NCBI GenBank assembly: GCA_036679605.1
Contig: JAZDCZ010000085.1
Location: forward strand, 1 to 64,000
DNA length: 64,000 bases
Source: Gemmatimonadota bacterium
GTDB taxonomy: Bacteria > Gemmatimonadota > Gemmatimonadetes > Gemmatimonadales > GWC2-71-9
Direction of reading: 5' to 3'
How positions within the stretch are numbered: position 1 is the first letter of the stretch; every line of letters begins with the position of its first letter. Shown here in pieces: positions 7,580 to 16,768 of the stretch. A model generated the notes under the pieces. The model was not told the DNA's origin, did no database searches, and worked only from the letters and a program-made list of their open reading frames with translations. Made by a program: the position numbers and the translations under genes.

Positions 7580-10500
7580 ATGCTCATCACGACACTTCGC
7601 AGCATTCACGGCGTTGCCGACGTAGCCAATCTGTTCACGCTACTCGGCTACACAAAGCACGATAGCCCGTTCGACGACACTGCACGTATCATCGCACGTT
7701 GGAAGAGTTTCTCCGTAATCGCAAGAGATGCAGATGCACCGCGGGAGGATGCGCGAGATCTGGCGCGCAAGCTCGCGGTCACCGCGGAGCGGGCGCTGGC
7801 AGTCACGGTGGGTCCAGACCGTAGCATTGCAATGGCTGCTCCCAAATTCGGACAGCCGGGTACTACTCGCGTGCTGCAGGTTTCGTTGGATCACCCTTCG
7901 AAGTTTGCGCTACAGCAATTGGAGAGGCTCCGACCTCGTCACTCCGACACATCGCTGGCCCATGCCCTGTTCGTCGCCGAGATCCTGAGTAGTGAACAGG
8001 TAACCGATCGCTTCTTTATTGCATTCAAGATAATGCTCGAGAGAATGGCAACTTCACTTGGCGACCGCGGCAGTGCTGCAGATCGAAGAATGTTTGCTCT
8101 CCTAGCGCTGACTAGAATTCTGTTTCTCTACTTTGTGCAGGCGAAGGGATGGCTCGACGGTAGGTCAGATTACCTGAAAAACTTGCTCGACGAAACACTG
8201 TCCAAGCAGCAAAACTTTCATCACGCGGCGCTCCGACCGCTCTTCTTCGGCACTCTCAATCGCCCTCATCGGGAACGCACTAGTAGCGCAATCGTTGGGA
8301 AGATCCCCTATCTAAATGGAGGGCTGTTTGAACCGCATCCTGCCGAACGCCGAATCGGGCCGGTTTCCTTATCTAACGAGCTATGGCGGGATGCGTTCGA
8401 CGGAGTGTTTGAACGGTTTCGGTTCTGCGTGCGAGAGGAGGACGATTCCGATGCCATCGCTCCTGACATGCTCGGCCGAGCGTTCGAACGTCTGATGGAT
8501 GTCGGTGAGCGACATTCAACTGGAACATTCTACACCCCCTCGTCAGTGGTCCGACAAATAGTAGACTCCGCCATCCGGCTCGCTCTAAGCAACGACCTTA
8601 GGCCAGATCTGATAGATCGGTTGGCAAACAGTGGGTCGATAAGACGCGGCGAACGCGCTGCTGCGCTCGATGCTTTGAAACGCCTTCGCATTCTCGATCC
8701 GGCGGTAGGCTCTGGCGCGTTTCTACTCGGCGCTCTCGACGCGTTACTCGATATGCGCGTCAACGTGGAAACGAGTACGAGTCCAACTAACCGTTGGCGG
8801 TTGCGGCGGGAGATCTTGCGGGAGAATCTCTTCGGTGTCGATCTGAACCCGATAGCAGTACGTCTGGCGGAATTGCGACTCTGGCTTGCCGTCGTTGCCG
8901 ATGACCCTGCAGGCGCAATTGAAAGCGTTGTCCCGCTCCCCAACCTCGATGGGATGGTGCGCCAGGGAGATACGTTGCTCGACCCGCTCGGGGCCGCACG
9001 TTCTTTCAATCATGGCATTTCTTCAGTTCCTACTAGGGTTCGAAAAGATTTCTGCTCGGCCCAGCAAGAAGTCTTCGACGCTCAAGGAAAAGATCAAAAA
9101 CGCGCCATGCAACGGTTGCGACAGTCGGAAGCAACGATGGCCCGTCACTTGTTGCGCGCAGCCCTTGAGAGTACGTCACATACGCTTGACGATCTTACGG
9201 CAGCAGCTCAAAGTCACGATCTGTTCGGGAAGAGAGCAGGGCTCACACCCAAGCAGCAGCAGCGGTACAAGACGCTCCGCAGAATGAAGGGCGATCTCGA
9301 ACAAGCTCAGCGCCGTTTATCCGACGGTACGATCCCCTTCTTTTCCTTTGAGGTGCACGCCCCCGATGTATTAGCCAACGGTGGCTTCAGTGTAGTTGTC
9401 GGCAACCCGCCATGGGTCAGGGCAGAGCGACTTTCACCCGAGCGACGAGAAACACTGAGGCGGAGGTTTGCATGGTGGCGCACCGAAACTGGAAGGGGCT
9501 TTCGACACCTACCCGATTTGTCGATCGCCTTCATCGAGCGGTGTCTGGAACTCACTGCGCCCGGCGGATCGGTTGGACTGCTCGTTCCCAGCAAGGTCAC
9601 TTCGGCCGGATACGGCGAGACCGCACGACGAAACCTCGTGAGGGAAACGTCAATTGCCTATATCCACCGCGTCGATGAACGCAGTGCCGCGCGTTTCGGG
9701 GCGACGACGTATCCACTGGCTATCGTTCTGCGCAAAGAGCGTCCATCTGACGACCATGGCATTCGACTGGGTTTCGCACAAACCAACTCTGTGGCTCAGC
9801 AATCACTAGATCGGCCGGGACCGTGGATTTTGGTTCCCGACAGACTCCGCAACGCATTAGAGGAATTTCGCACCTCCGGGCGTCCCCTTGGTGAAGTCGC
9901 CTCTCCGGTTTTGGGTGTAAAGACAGGTGCCGACAAATTACTTGTCGGTCGCATAGTGGAAACACAAGACCAAACTGCTACCGTCATCTTTGGGGGAAGA
10001 CGGGTGACCATTGAACTCAGCGCGCTGAGACCAGTGCTCAGGGGGCGTGATGTTCGTGCTTTTAATGCCGAGTCACACTTGGTCGTTCTCTGGAGTCACG
10101 ACGCGACCGGACTACCGAACCTGCGGCTCCCGTCCGAGACCAACGCCTACGTCAATAGCATAGCCGAGCGATTATGTACACGTTCCGATTACCAACGTGG
10201 ACCGATTTGGACCTTGTTCAGAGTAAAAGGGGCCCTCGCAAGCCACCGTGTAGTGTGGCCGGACATCGCTCGCCGGCCACGGGCCGTAGCGCTAGACCAA
10301 ACCGCAGGATCGCGAGCGATTCCACTCAATACATGCTACATCTCCCCGGCACCAGATCGCGACACTGCCCTCGTCGTCACCGCGATCCTGAACTCCACTT
10401 GGTCTATGATGCTCTGCCAAGCTACTGCAGACGAAGCGCGCGGTGGGTATCGGCGAATCAACGCACATGTTGCGGCACAAATTCCGGTTCCACAAACCGG

Positions 10501-10654
10501 ACCCAGATACCAAGACCTGGTTCACCTGAGCCACCTACTTCACCAACGCGATCATGTCAGCGACGAAGATCTGGACGAGGCAGTCGCCGAAGCTCTCTCG
10601 ATATCTACGCGGTCCCGCAGAGTCATCGGCTCCCTGGCCACAGATAACCGCTAA
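7580..10654 (+). CDS. Large N6-adenine DNA methyltransferase (Eco57I/TaqI-like gamma class) with C-terminal target-recognition region
   Basis: YLNGGLF, GTFYTP, motif I ILDPAVGSGAFL, motif IV VGNPPW; C-terminal TaqI_C-like VVWPDI...PLNTCY...ILNS...ARGGY. Confidence 0.9.
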   Translation: MLITTLRSIHGVADVANLFTLLGYTKHDSPFDDTARIIARWKSFSVIARDADAPREDARDLARKLAVTAERALAVTVGPDRSIAMAAPKFGQPGTTRVLQVSLDHPSKFALQQLERLRPRHSDTSLAHALFVAEILSSEQVTDRFFIAFKIMLERMATSLGDRGSAADRRMFALLALTRILFLYFVQAKGWLDGRSDYLKNLLDETLSKQQNFHHAALRPLFFGTLNRPHRERTSSAIVGKIPYLNGGLFEPHPAERRIGPVSLSNELWRDAFDGVFERFRFCVREEDDSDAIAPDMLGRAFERLMDVGERHSTGTFYTPSSVVRQIVDSAIRLALSNDLRPDLIDRLANSGSIRRGERAAALDALKRLRILDPAVGSGAFLLGALDALLDMRVNVETSTSPTNRWRLRREILRENLFGVDLNPIAVRLAELRLWLAVVADDPAGAIESVVPLPNLDGMVRQGDTLLDPLGAARSFNHGISSVPTRVRKDFCSAQQEVFDAQGKDQKRAMQRLRQSEATMARHLLRAALESTSHTLDDLTAAAQSHDLFGKRAGLTPKQQQRYKTLRRMKGDLEQAQRRLSDGTIPFFSFEVHAPDVLANGGFSVVVGNPPWVRAERLSPERRETLRRRFAWWRTETGRGFRHLPDLSIAFIERCLELTAPGGSVGLLVPSKVTSAGYGETARRNLVRETSIAYIHRVDERSAARFGATTYPLAIVLRKERPSDDHGIRLGFAQTNSVAQQSLDRPGPWILVPDRLRNALEEFRTSGRPLGEVASPVLGVKTGADKLLVGRIVETQDQTATVIFGGRRVTIELSALRPVLRGRDVRAFNAESHLVVLWSHDATGLPNLRLPSETNAYVNSIAERLCTRSDYQRGPIWTLFRVKGALASHRVVWPDIARRPRAVALDQTAGSRAIPLNTCYISPAPDRDTALVVTAILNSTWSMMLCQATADEARGGYRRINAHVAAQIPVPQTGPRYQDLVHLSHLLHQRDHVSDEDLDEAVAEALSISTRSRRVIGSLATDNR

Positions 10655-10685
10655 GCAGCTTCTAACGGTTCGCGAATCCCTCGAC

Positions 10686-12923
10686 ATGGAAGTCGATTTC
10701 GGGGTACGTGTGTCTTCGTTGGGCCTGGAACGTGTACTACGCGCGGCTGTACTCGGACCGCAAGATGTGGATTGGACCCCGCCATCATGGCTCAAGCAAC
10801 ACCAAGTGAATGCCGTTCGCCGCGTACTTGCCAGCCTCCGAGCCTTCCACGGCGCCCTGTTGGCTGATGCTGTGGGATTGGGAAAAACATATGAGGCGCT
10901 AGCCGTTGCCACCGTCTACGACTCTGCTCTGGCAGTCGTTCCTGCGGCTTTACGCTCTCAGTGGATACGGGTGAGCAAAGAGTTGGGCGTCAAAATCCGG
11001 CTGCTAACACATGAAGCGCTGAGCCGGGGCCATCGCGTACCCGAGTTCCCGCTGATTATCGTAGACGAAGCGCATCGTCTACGGAATCAAAAAACGCGCC
11101 GGTATGATGCTTTGGCCCGGGGTGTCAAAAGTTCGCATCTGTTGCTTCTCACTGCTACGCCTGTCGTGAACAGTGGCACCGATATTGTAAACCTGCTACG
11201 CCTGTTCGCAACGGACCACTCGTTTGCCCTACTCGGCCTTCCTTCATTAGAGCGAGCGCTTCTACGCCGCGGGTACCAGGACATAGCCTATGCCACGGCA
11301 CCGGTAGTGATCGCCAGATCTGCTCAGAATATCGGAGAAATTCAGCAAGAGCTGCCCAAGGTATCTGATCGAAACGTCATTCGCCCACTCCCACTTCCGG
11401 CTAAACAACTCCGATCTCTCCTGAGCACGATCGATCAACTCAGTTTCCCTTCCTTGAATGGTTCCCCAGAATCGAGCTTGTTGCGTCTACACCTCCTTTA
11501 TCGACTTGCCTCTTCGCCTGTCGCATTCCACGACACTGTCAGGAAGCACCTCTTATACCTCGATCGTGCGCTCGATGCATCACATCGAGGGGAGACTCTG
11601 TCACGTGCCGCTGTTCGCCTATTGTTCCCCTCCGAGGATGAGCTTCAACTGGAATTGCGCGACCTTCCCGGATCTTCCACTTCGCTGCAACTCGATCCCT
11701 CGGTCCTCGAACGGGAACAGCGCCGCCTCCGACACGTGCTGCTAGTACTCGCCAGAGTAAACGGGCAAGCTCCTAAGGCTGCCGCATTGAGCGATATTCT
11801 AGCCACCCGCAACGGATGCAAGACCGTCGTATTCACCTGCGCGGTGGCGACGGCGCTCGACTTGGCACGTAGGTTGAAGTGGCGAGAAGTTGCAGTTGTC
11901 GGTGCTGGTCGTGCATGGATTGCGTCGGGGCCGATCAGCTTGGATGAGGCGCTCAATTTGTTTGCCCCTAAGGCACGCAAGGCCAACCGGCCGCCACGCG
12001 CTGCAACGGTCACCACACTCATCGCTACAGACGTGGCAAGTGAAGGGCTGGACCTCCAAGATGCCGACGCGGTGATACACTATGACTTGCCATGGACTCC
12101 CCTCAGGCTGGAGCAGAGAGTCGGCCGAATTGCCCGGCTTGGTTCTGATCACCGAACGGTAGAGGTGCGATGGTTCGCGCCCCCCAGGTCTATCGAGAGA
12201 CGACTCGGTGTCGAAGCGAGGATCGCACGCAAGGTTCAATGTCAGCTTGGGTTGAGTGTAGCTACCACAAGCCGGGTTGGCCGAGCCGGCATCGTAAATG
12301 ATATGCTACACCGTCGCGAAACTCTCGGTGTGAATGCCGTGCAGACTCCGTACGCCAAGCCGCGTCATGCCGTAGTTCACGGCCCACTCAGCGCCGCAAT
12401 AGCATTGCAATGGATAGGTAGGGGGAAAGCAGTTCCCGAACTAGTAATTCTGGCTGGTGATCCTCCGATTCCCGTTTACGACTACGCAACGGCAGAGGAA
12501 TTCCTTTCACGTCTTGTGCGCTCCGACCCGAGCGCAGTTGATCCACCCAGACCCCTTATCGTCGCTCTCGACGGACTGATACGTAAGAGACTTGCCGGCA
12601 CGACCCGCGGCCCTACGAATCAAGCAAATCGGAGACTCGCACGCATAATTGTGCGGCGTGCCTTTGCAGCAGGCCGTCGAAGGGACACTCAAACTCTCAG
12701 TTTGCTCGATGCTCTCCTGGATCGAGTAGGAGAGGGGTCGGCGGCTGGTGCCGAACGAGAACTAGGAGATATTCTGAGACAGTCTATTTCACAATCGCGG
12801 GTGAGTCATTGGATACATTGTCATCCGGCGTCTGCTAACTCGCTCGCCAGAATGGAAATCCTGGGCGCTATTTTCGGTGACGGCACTGTAGATCAACCAA
12901 TGACTACGTGCAGACCCAGGTAG
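10686..12923 (+). CDS. SNF2-like SF2 helicase/translocase
   Basis: Motifs I LLADAVGLGKT, II DEAH, III TAT, V ATDVASEGLDLQ, VI EQRVGRIARLG. Start uncertain (ATG 10554, ATG 10686 or a nearby GTG). Confidence 0.85.
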   Translation: MEVDFGVRVSSLGLERVLRAAVLGPQDVDWTPPSWLKQHQVNAVRRVLASLRAFHGALLADAVGLGKTYEALAVATVYDSALAVVPAALRSQWIRVSKELGVKIRLLTHEALSRGHRVPEFPLIIVDEAHRLRNQKTRRYDALARGVKSSHLLLLTATPVVNSGTDIVNLLRLFATDHSFALLGLPSLERALLRRGYQDIAYATAPVVIARSAQNIGEIQQELPKVSDRNVIRPLPLPAKQLRSLLSTIDQLSFPSLNGSPESSLLRLHLLYRLASSPVAFHDTVRKHLLYLDRALDASHRGETLSRAAVRLLFPSEDELQLELRDLPGSSTSLQLDPSVLEREQRRLRHVLLVLARVNGQAPKAAALSDILATRNGCKTVVFTCAVATALDLARRLKWREVAVVGAGRAWIASGPISLDEALNLFAPKARKANRPPRAATVTTLIATDVASEGLDLQDADAVIHYDLPWTPLRLEQRVGRIARLGSDHRTVEVRWFAPPRSIERRLGVEARIARKVQCQLGLSVATTSRVGRAGIVNDMLHRRETLGVNAVQTPYAKPRHAVVHGPLSAAIALQWIGRGKAVPELVILAGDPPIPVYDYATAEEFLSRLVRSDPSAVDPPRPLIVALDGLIRKRLAGTTRGPTNQANRRLARIIVRRAFAAGRRRDTQTLSLLDALLDRVGEGSAAGAERELGDILRQSISQSRVSHWIHCHPASANSLARMEILGAIFGDGTVDQPMTTCRPR

Positions 12924-13927
12924 CAGATGCCGGCAATCATTGCCGACGCCGGAATAGTCAGGATCCAGGCCCAGACAAGCCGGCCTGCAACTCCCCATCG
13001 AACCGCCGAGAGCCTGCGAGTTGCACCTACTCCCACGATAGAACCTGTTATCGTGTGGGTCGTGCTAACCGGGATACCTAAGAACGAGGCGACAAAGATT
13101 GACATCGCACCGCCCGTCTCGGCGCAGAATCCGTGCACCGGTTTCAACTTCGTGAGGCGTGAACCCATGGTCTTGATGATGCGCCACCCTCCCGCCATCG
13201 TACCGGCCGCAATGGCGCTATAGGCAGTGACGATGATCCAGAGTGGAATCTCCTCGAGCGTTGTCACGTGGAGGGCTCGAACCGGAAAATTCTCAAACTG
13301 CGCCTGGGATGCAAACAAAAGTCCAACAATGATGCCCATCGTCTTTTGGGCATCGTTACTACCGTGACTCAGGCTATACGCGGCAGCAGAGACCAATTGT
13401 AGCTTCCGGAAATATTTGTCCACCGATCGCGGTGTCGCGCGACGGAACGTCCACGCCACAGCTACCATGAGCGACAGTCCTAGAAATCCTCCCAAGAATG
13501 GCGCTACCAGAATAAAAATGAGGGGCTTCACCCATCCCGCCAGAATGAGAGATCCGATACCCGCCTTCGCCACTGCCGCCCCACCATAGCCACCGATCAG
13601 CGCGTGCGAGGAACTCGATGGAATACCATAGTGCCACGTGATGAGGTCCCAAGCGATCGCGCCAATCAAAGCTGCCAATACGACCAACGAGTCGACAATC
13701 GATATATCTATCAGTCCGCTGCCGACAGTCTTGGCCACGGCTGTCCCGAATATGAAAACGGCGGCAAAATTGAAAAAGGCCGCCCACGTGACTGCGGCCA
13801 GTGGCGAGAGAACTCGTGTGGATACTACTGTTGCGATGCTGTTGGCAGCGTCATGAAAACCATTTATGAAATCGAAGCAGAACGCGACGGCGACGATCGC
13901 AATAATGAACCAGACGCTATCTATCAT
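12893..13927 (-). CDS. pitA: PiT-family inorganic phosphate transporter
   Basis: NGFHDAANSIAT and HGSNDAQKTMG signatures; PVSTTH. Confidence 0.93.
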   Translation of the reverse strand: MIDSVWFIIAIVAVAFCFDFINGFHDAANSIATVVSTRVLSPLAAVTWAAFFNFAAVFIFGTAVAKTVGSGLIDISIVDSLVVLAALIGAIAWDLITWHYGIPSSSSHALIGGYGGAAVAKAGIGSLILAGWVKPLIFILVAPFLGGFLGLSLMVAVAWTFRRATPRSVDKYFRKLQLVSAAAYSLSHGSNDAQKTMGIIVGLLFASQAQFENFPVRALHVTTLEEIPLWIIVTAYSAIAAGTMAGGWRIIKTMGSRLTKLKPVHGFCAETGGAMSIFVASFLGIPVSTTHTITGSIVGVGATRRLSAVRWGVAGRLVWAWILTIPASAMIAGICYLGLHVVIG

Positions 13928-14541
13928 TAGGCGTTCTTGAGCGAGATAGACTCTATGTCGTTCGCGACATCCTCCGCTTCGTCAATGGTGGTCTCGAGAT
14001 TGTCGAAGATCTCCTTCCACTTGATGATCTCAATCGGGTCGGTTTCCGTGTCAAACAGCCTACCCAGCATCTGCTGATAGATCGAGTCTCCTTCTTCCTC
14101 CAACCGCTTCGCCTCTATGCAGTGTGACATCACATCTTTGTTCTTGCGCAGGAGCCCTACACCCTCCTTGATTTCTGCTGTGATCTTTCCGATGATCTCG
14201 CAGAGTTCCTTCACACCCTTCGGAGCCGGCCCGAGTTTGAAAACTTGCGCACGACGGGCCGTACCGTCTATTCGATCTATGACATCATCGAGATCGCTTG
14301 CGAGTAGGTGGATATCTTCCCTGTCAATTGGTGTAATGAATGTGCGATCGAGACGATTCACCACCTCGTGGGTGATGTCGTCGGCTTCATGCTCGAGACG
14401 TTTGATCGCCTCTGCGCAATAGGCCACCCGCACTGGTCCGCCCACCAGCATGTCGAGCAAATGGCCCGCTGCTTCGTGAGAAAGCGATGCTACCTCAACA
14501 AACAGATCGAAGAACTCCTCTTCCCGCGGAAGTAAACGCAC
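13927..14541 (-). CDS. DUF47 (PhoU-like) PiT accessory protein
   Basis: EHEADDI...FITPIDREDI...LDDVID and EEEGD motifs; coupled to pitA. Confidence 0.92.
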   Translation of the reverse strand: MRLLPREEEFFDLFVEVASLSHEAAGHLLDMLVGGPVRVAYCAEAIKRLEHEADDITHEVVNRLDRTFITPIDREDIHLLASDLDDVIDRIDGTARRAQVFKLGPAPKGVKELCEIIGKITAEIKEGVGLLRKNKDVMSHCIEAKRLEEEGDSIYQQMLGRLFDTETDPIEIIKWKEIFDNLETTIDEAEDVANDIESISLKNA

Positions 14542-14582
14542 TGATTCTTCTCCTATAGATGATCTACTTCAGTGAATCCTGA

Positions 14583-15269
14583 CTATGCTGTTGTAGTAGG
14601 TAGCTCTTTTTCATCATAATAATCCAGCTTGTGCAGGGGCATCACAACGCTCGACAGTATGTTTAGAACGTGCGCGCCAATTCGCTTGTAGAATCGCGTT
14701 CCCAGTACCAGTGATGTTGCAGTACACGCGCCATGGCCACTCTGAGCGATCTTCTCGACAAGCACGTCACAACGGTGCGCAAGATCTTGGCCCTGTCGAA
14801 TAAGTTCAATTGCACGCTCGATGTCGGATTCTTCGAAAACATCGGATGTCACATCGAACGCAGACTCGACACCAGACCGAATCTCCCTAAGCTCGGCGAC
14901 CAGATCATCGTCGGGCAGGGGGCCGGAACAGAGATCTGTCACCTCCGTGAGGTTCTTGGCGTAATCACCCAATCGCTCGACATCCTTGACCAAGCTCATG
15001 AGAAGGAGACAGTACGGCAAGTCGGCCGAGTTACGACTAATCGACAGATGCGCTATGACCTGTTTACGAATTGCCCGCTCCAGCTTGTTGACCTTGACAT
15101 CCTGCTTGTAGATCCAGGTTCGCTCTTCCGGGCTCACCTCCTTACCGAAGTACACTTCGCCTGCCTTCAACGTGGTCTCGTGTGTGAGTCTAAGCATCTG
15201 GGAAAAGTTCTCGCCCATCGCACTCAGAGGTTCATCGGATCGGAGAATATTGAGTAAATGTTTCAGCAT
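14583..15269 (-). CDS. PhoU-domain protein
   Basis: D..VNKLER and KDVERLGDYAKN PhoU repeat motifs. Confidence 0.85.
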   Translation of the reverse strand: MLKHLLNILRSDEPLSAMGENFSQMLRLTHETTLKAGEVYFGKEVSPEERTWIYKQDVKVNKLERAIRKQVIAHLSISRNSADLPYCLLLMSLVKDVERLGDYAKNLTEVTDLCSGPLPDDDLVAELREIRSGVESAFDVTSDVFEESDIERAIELIRQGQDLAHRCDVLVEKIAQSGHGACTATSLVLGTRFYKRIGAHVLNILSSVVMPLHKLDYYDEKELPTTTA

Positions 15270-15282
15270 CGGTACCTCAGGA

Positions 15283-16458
15283 CTACTTCAAGAGTCTGTT
15301 CAAGGCGGCAAAGATCGCGGGCAGACCGTAGAATAGCACGGCCACATAGATGAGCGCCCACCGACGTGACCGCACCGCGGTATCTGCAAGCCACCTGGCG
15401 GCGGAGAGCGGAACATTCCGTATGGTCTTGACTGGAAAGATCAACAAAGTGCCACTGATATTGAAGAGCAGGTGCACCAGAGCGATCGTGATCCCCGCCT
15501 GGGCATTTTCCCCCGTGACGGCAAGCGCCGCCAAGAAGGCCGTGATAGTCGTTCCAATATTCGCACCGATCGTGATCGGGAACGCCTGAGACAAGGTGAG
15601 AAGCCCCGCACCGGCCAATGGAACCAGAAGCGATGTGGTGATCGAGCTGGACTGCACCATTACCGTCACCACCGCTCCCAGAAGCATCGCCAGTAACACC
15701 TGCCGTTCCAGAGCCCCTGATATCAGTTTCTCGACTCGTGACTCCATCGACGATCGCATCACCCGAACGATGAACCAGAGAGCAACGAAAATCAGCACGC
15801 CACTGATTGCAATGAGAACGATTGGCACGACACCGTCGGGAACTACCGCAGCAATCGCGGCCTTGACGGGTTTGAGTGCGGCCTTGAGAGCGCCTTTGAT
15901 TGGGCTGTCGTACTTTACCCCCCCCACACCGGTCACAAGAGACGAGAGTGCCGTGGCCATGCGCCGCAAATAGCCCGTCCACAGTTCCAGCGGCAGCAGT
16001 ACCGCAACCGCAATGAAGTTGAAAAAATCGTGGCAGGTGGCCACCGCGAAGGCCCGCCTGAATTCCTCCTTCCGCCCCATATGGGCTAGAGAGACGATGG
16101 TGTTGGTCACCGTCGTACCGATATTCGCTCCCATGATCATCGGCACCGCGTTGATCACGGGTAGTGGATTGTCGGGTGCCGCCACCAGACCGACAATCAG
16201 CGACGTGGTGACGGAAGAACTCTGAACCAATGTCGTAGCGAGGATACCGACCATGAGACCCATGAATGGGTTCTCGGTTGCGGTAAAGAATGAATCAAGG
16301 ACTCCCCGACCCAGCGATTTGAACCCGTCGCCCAGACCGTTTACGCCAAGCAGGAAAATGAATAAAAGCGCGAGAACCGCCAACGCTTGTACAAGCGGGT
16401 GGGCAGCAAGAAAAGTTGTAGTTCTCGAAGGCGGTGTCGAACCACCTGTCATCAACAC
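15283..16458 (-). CDS. nptA: Na+/phosphate cotransporter (NptA/SLC34 family)
   Basis: Two QSSS repeats, each followed by GANIGTT. Confidence 0.9.
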   Translation of the reverse strand: MLMTGGSTPPSRTTTFLAAHPLVQALAVLALLFIFLLGVNGLGDGFKSLGRGVLDSFFTATENPFMGLMVGILATTLVQSSSVTTSLIVGLVAAPDNPLPVINAVPMIMGANIGTTVTNTIVSLAHMGRKEEFRRAFAVATCHDFFNFIAVAVLLPLELWTGYLRRMATALSSLVTGVGGVKYDSPIKGALKAALKPVKAAIAAVVPDGVVPIVLIAISGVLIFVALWFIVRVMRSSMESRVEKLISGALERQVLLAMLLGAVVTVMVQSSSITTSLLVPLAGAGLLTLSQAFPITIGANIGTTITAFLAALAVTGENAQAGITIALVHLLFNISGTLLIFPVKTIRNVPLSAARWLADTAVRSRRWALIYVAVLFYGLPAIFAALNRLLK

Positions 16459-16571
16459 ACTCGACGGTGAGTGATCAAACTCTTCAGACCCCTTAGGGGA
16501 GCTGTTTGGGAGGCAATCTCACGGATACCGTCTGCTAACGCAAGGCTACGACTTCACATAGGGCCTATCAC

Positions 16572-16615
16572 TTGCCGTTACGGATCTTCGGGATATATTC
16601 GGTATTATGACCGAA
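16572..16615 (+). promoter_or_regulatory. Candidate promoter and operator of the mutagenesis operon
   Basis: TTGCCG-16 nt-TATATT ending 7 nt before ATG 16607; inverted repeat TTCGGT-N6-ACCGAA (16598-16615) over the start codon. Confidence 0.5.
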
Positions 16616-16768
16616 CGTACTCAGGAAACGGCTTCTAGCCACCCTCGGCCTCCAGGCCATCCCCACCCCCCGGAAGCCACTCAGCGTTGCCCTGAATGTG
16701 GCGGACCTGTATTCGCAGCTTCGGGGTGTTTCCATTGTCACTTCTGCGGCTGGGGACGATGCGGATAG
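16607..16768 (+). CDS. 53-aa zinc-ribbon mini-protein (not in the ORF track)
   Basis: Hand translation MTERTQETASSHPRPPGHPHPPEATQRCPECGGPVFAASGCFHCHFCGWGRCG*; resembles the C-terminal Zn ribbon of class II ribonucleotide reductases. Confidence 0.75.
   Translation: MTERTQETASSHPRPPGHPHPPEATQRCPECGGPVFAASGCFHCHFCGWGRCG

Noticed and set aside
7580..12923. Calling the MTase-helicase pair DISARM or BREX
   Set aside because: drmA/drmB/drmC and pglZ/brxC are not in the window; the lon at 46.5 kb is a housekeeping LonA, not BrxL.
16460..16570. Pho box upstream of the phosphate transporter operon
   Set aside because: No convincing 11-bp-spaced CTGTCAT-like direct repeats.
16696..16758. ORF-track N-terminal extension of imuB from 16696
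   Set aside because: Overlaps the better-supported zinc-ribbon ORF in another frame and has no Y-family similarity.
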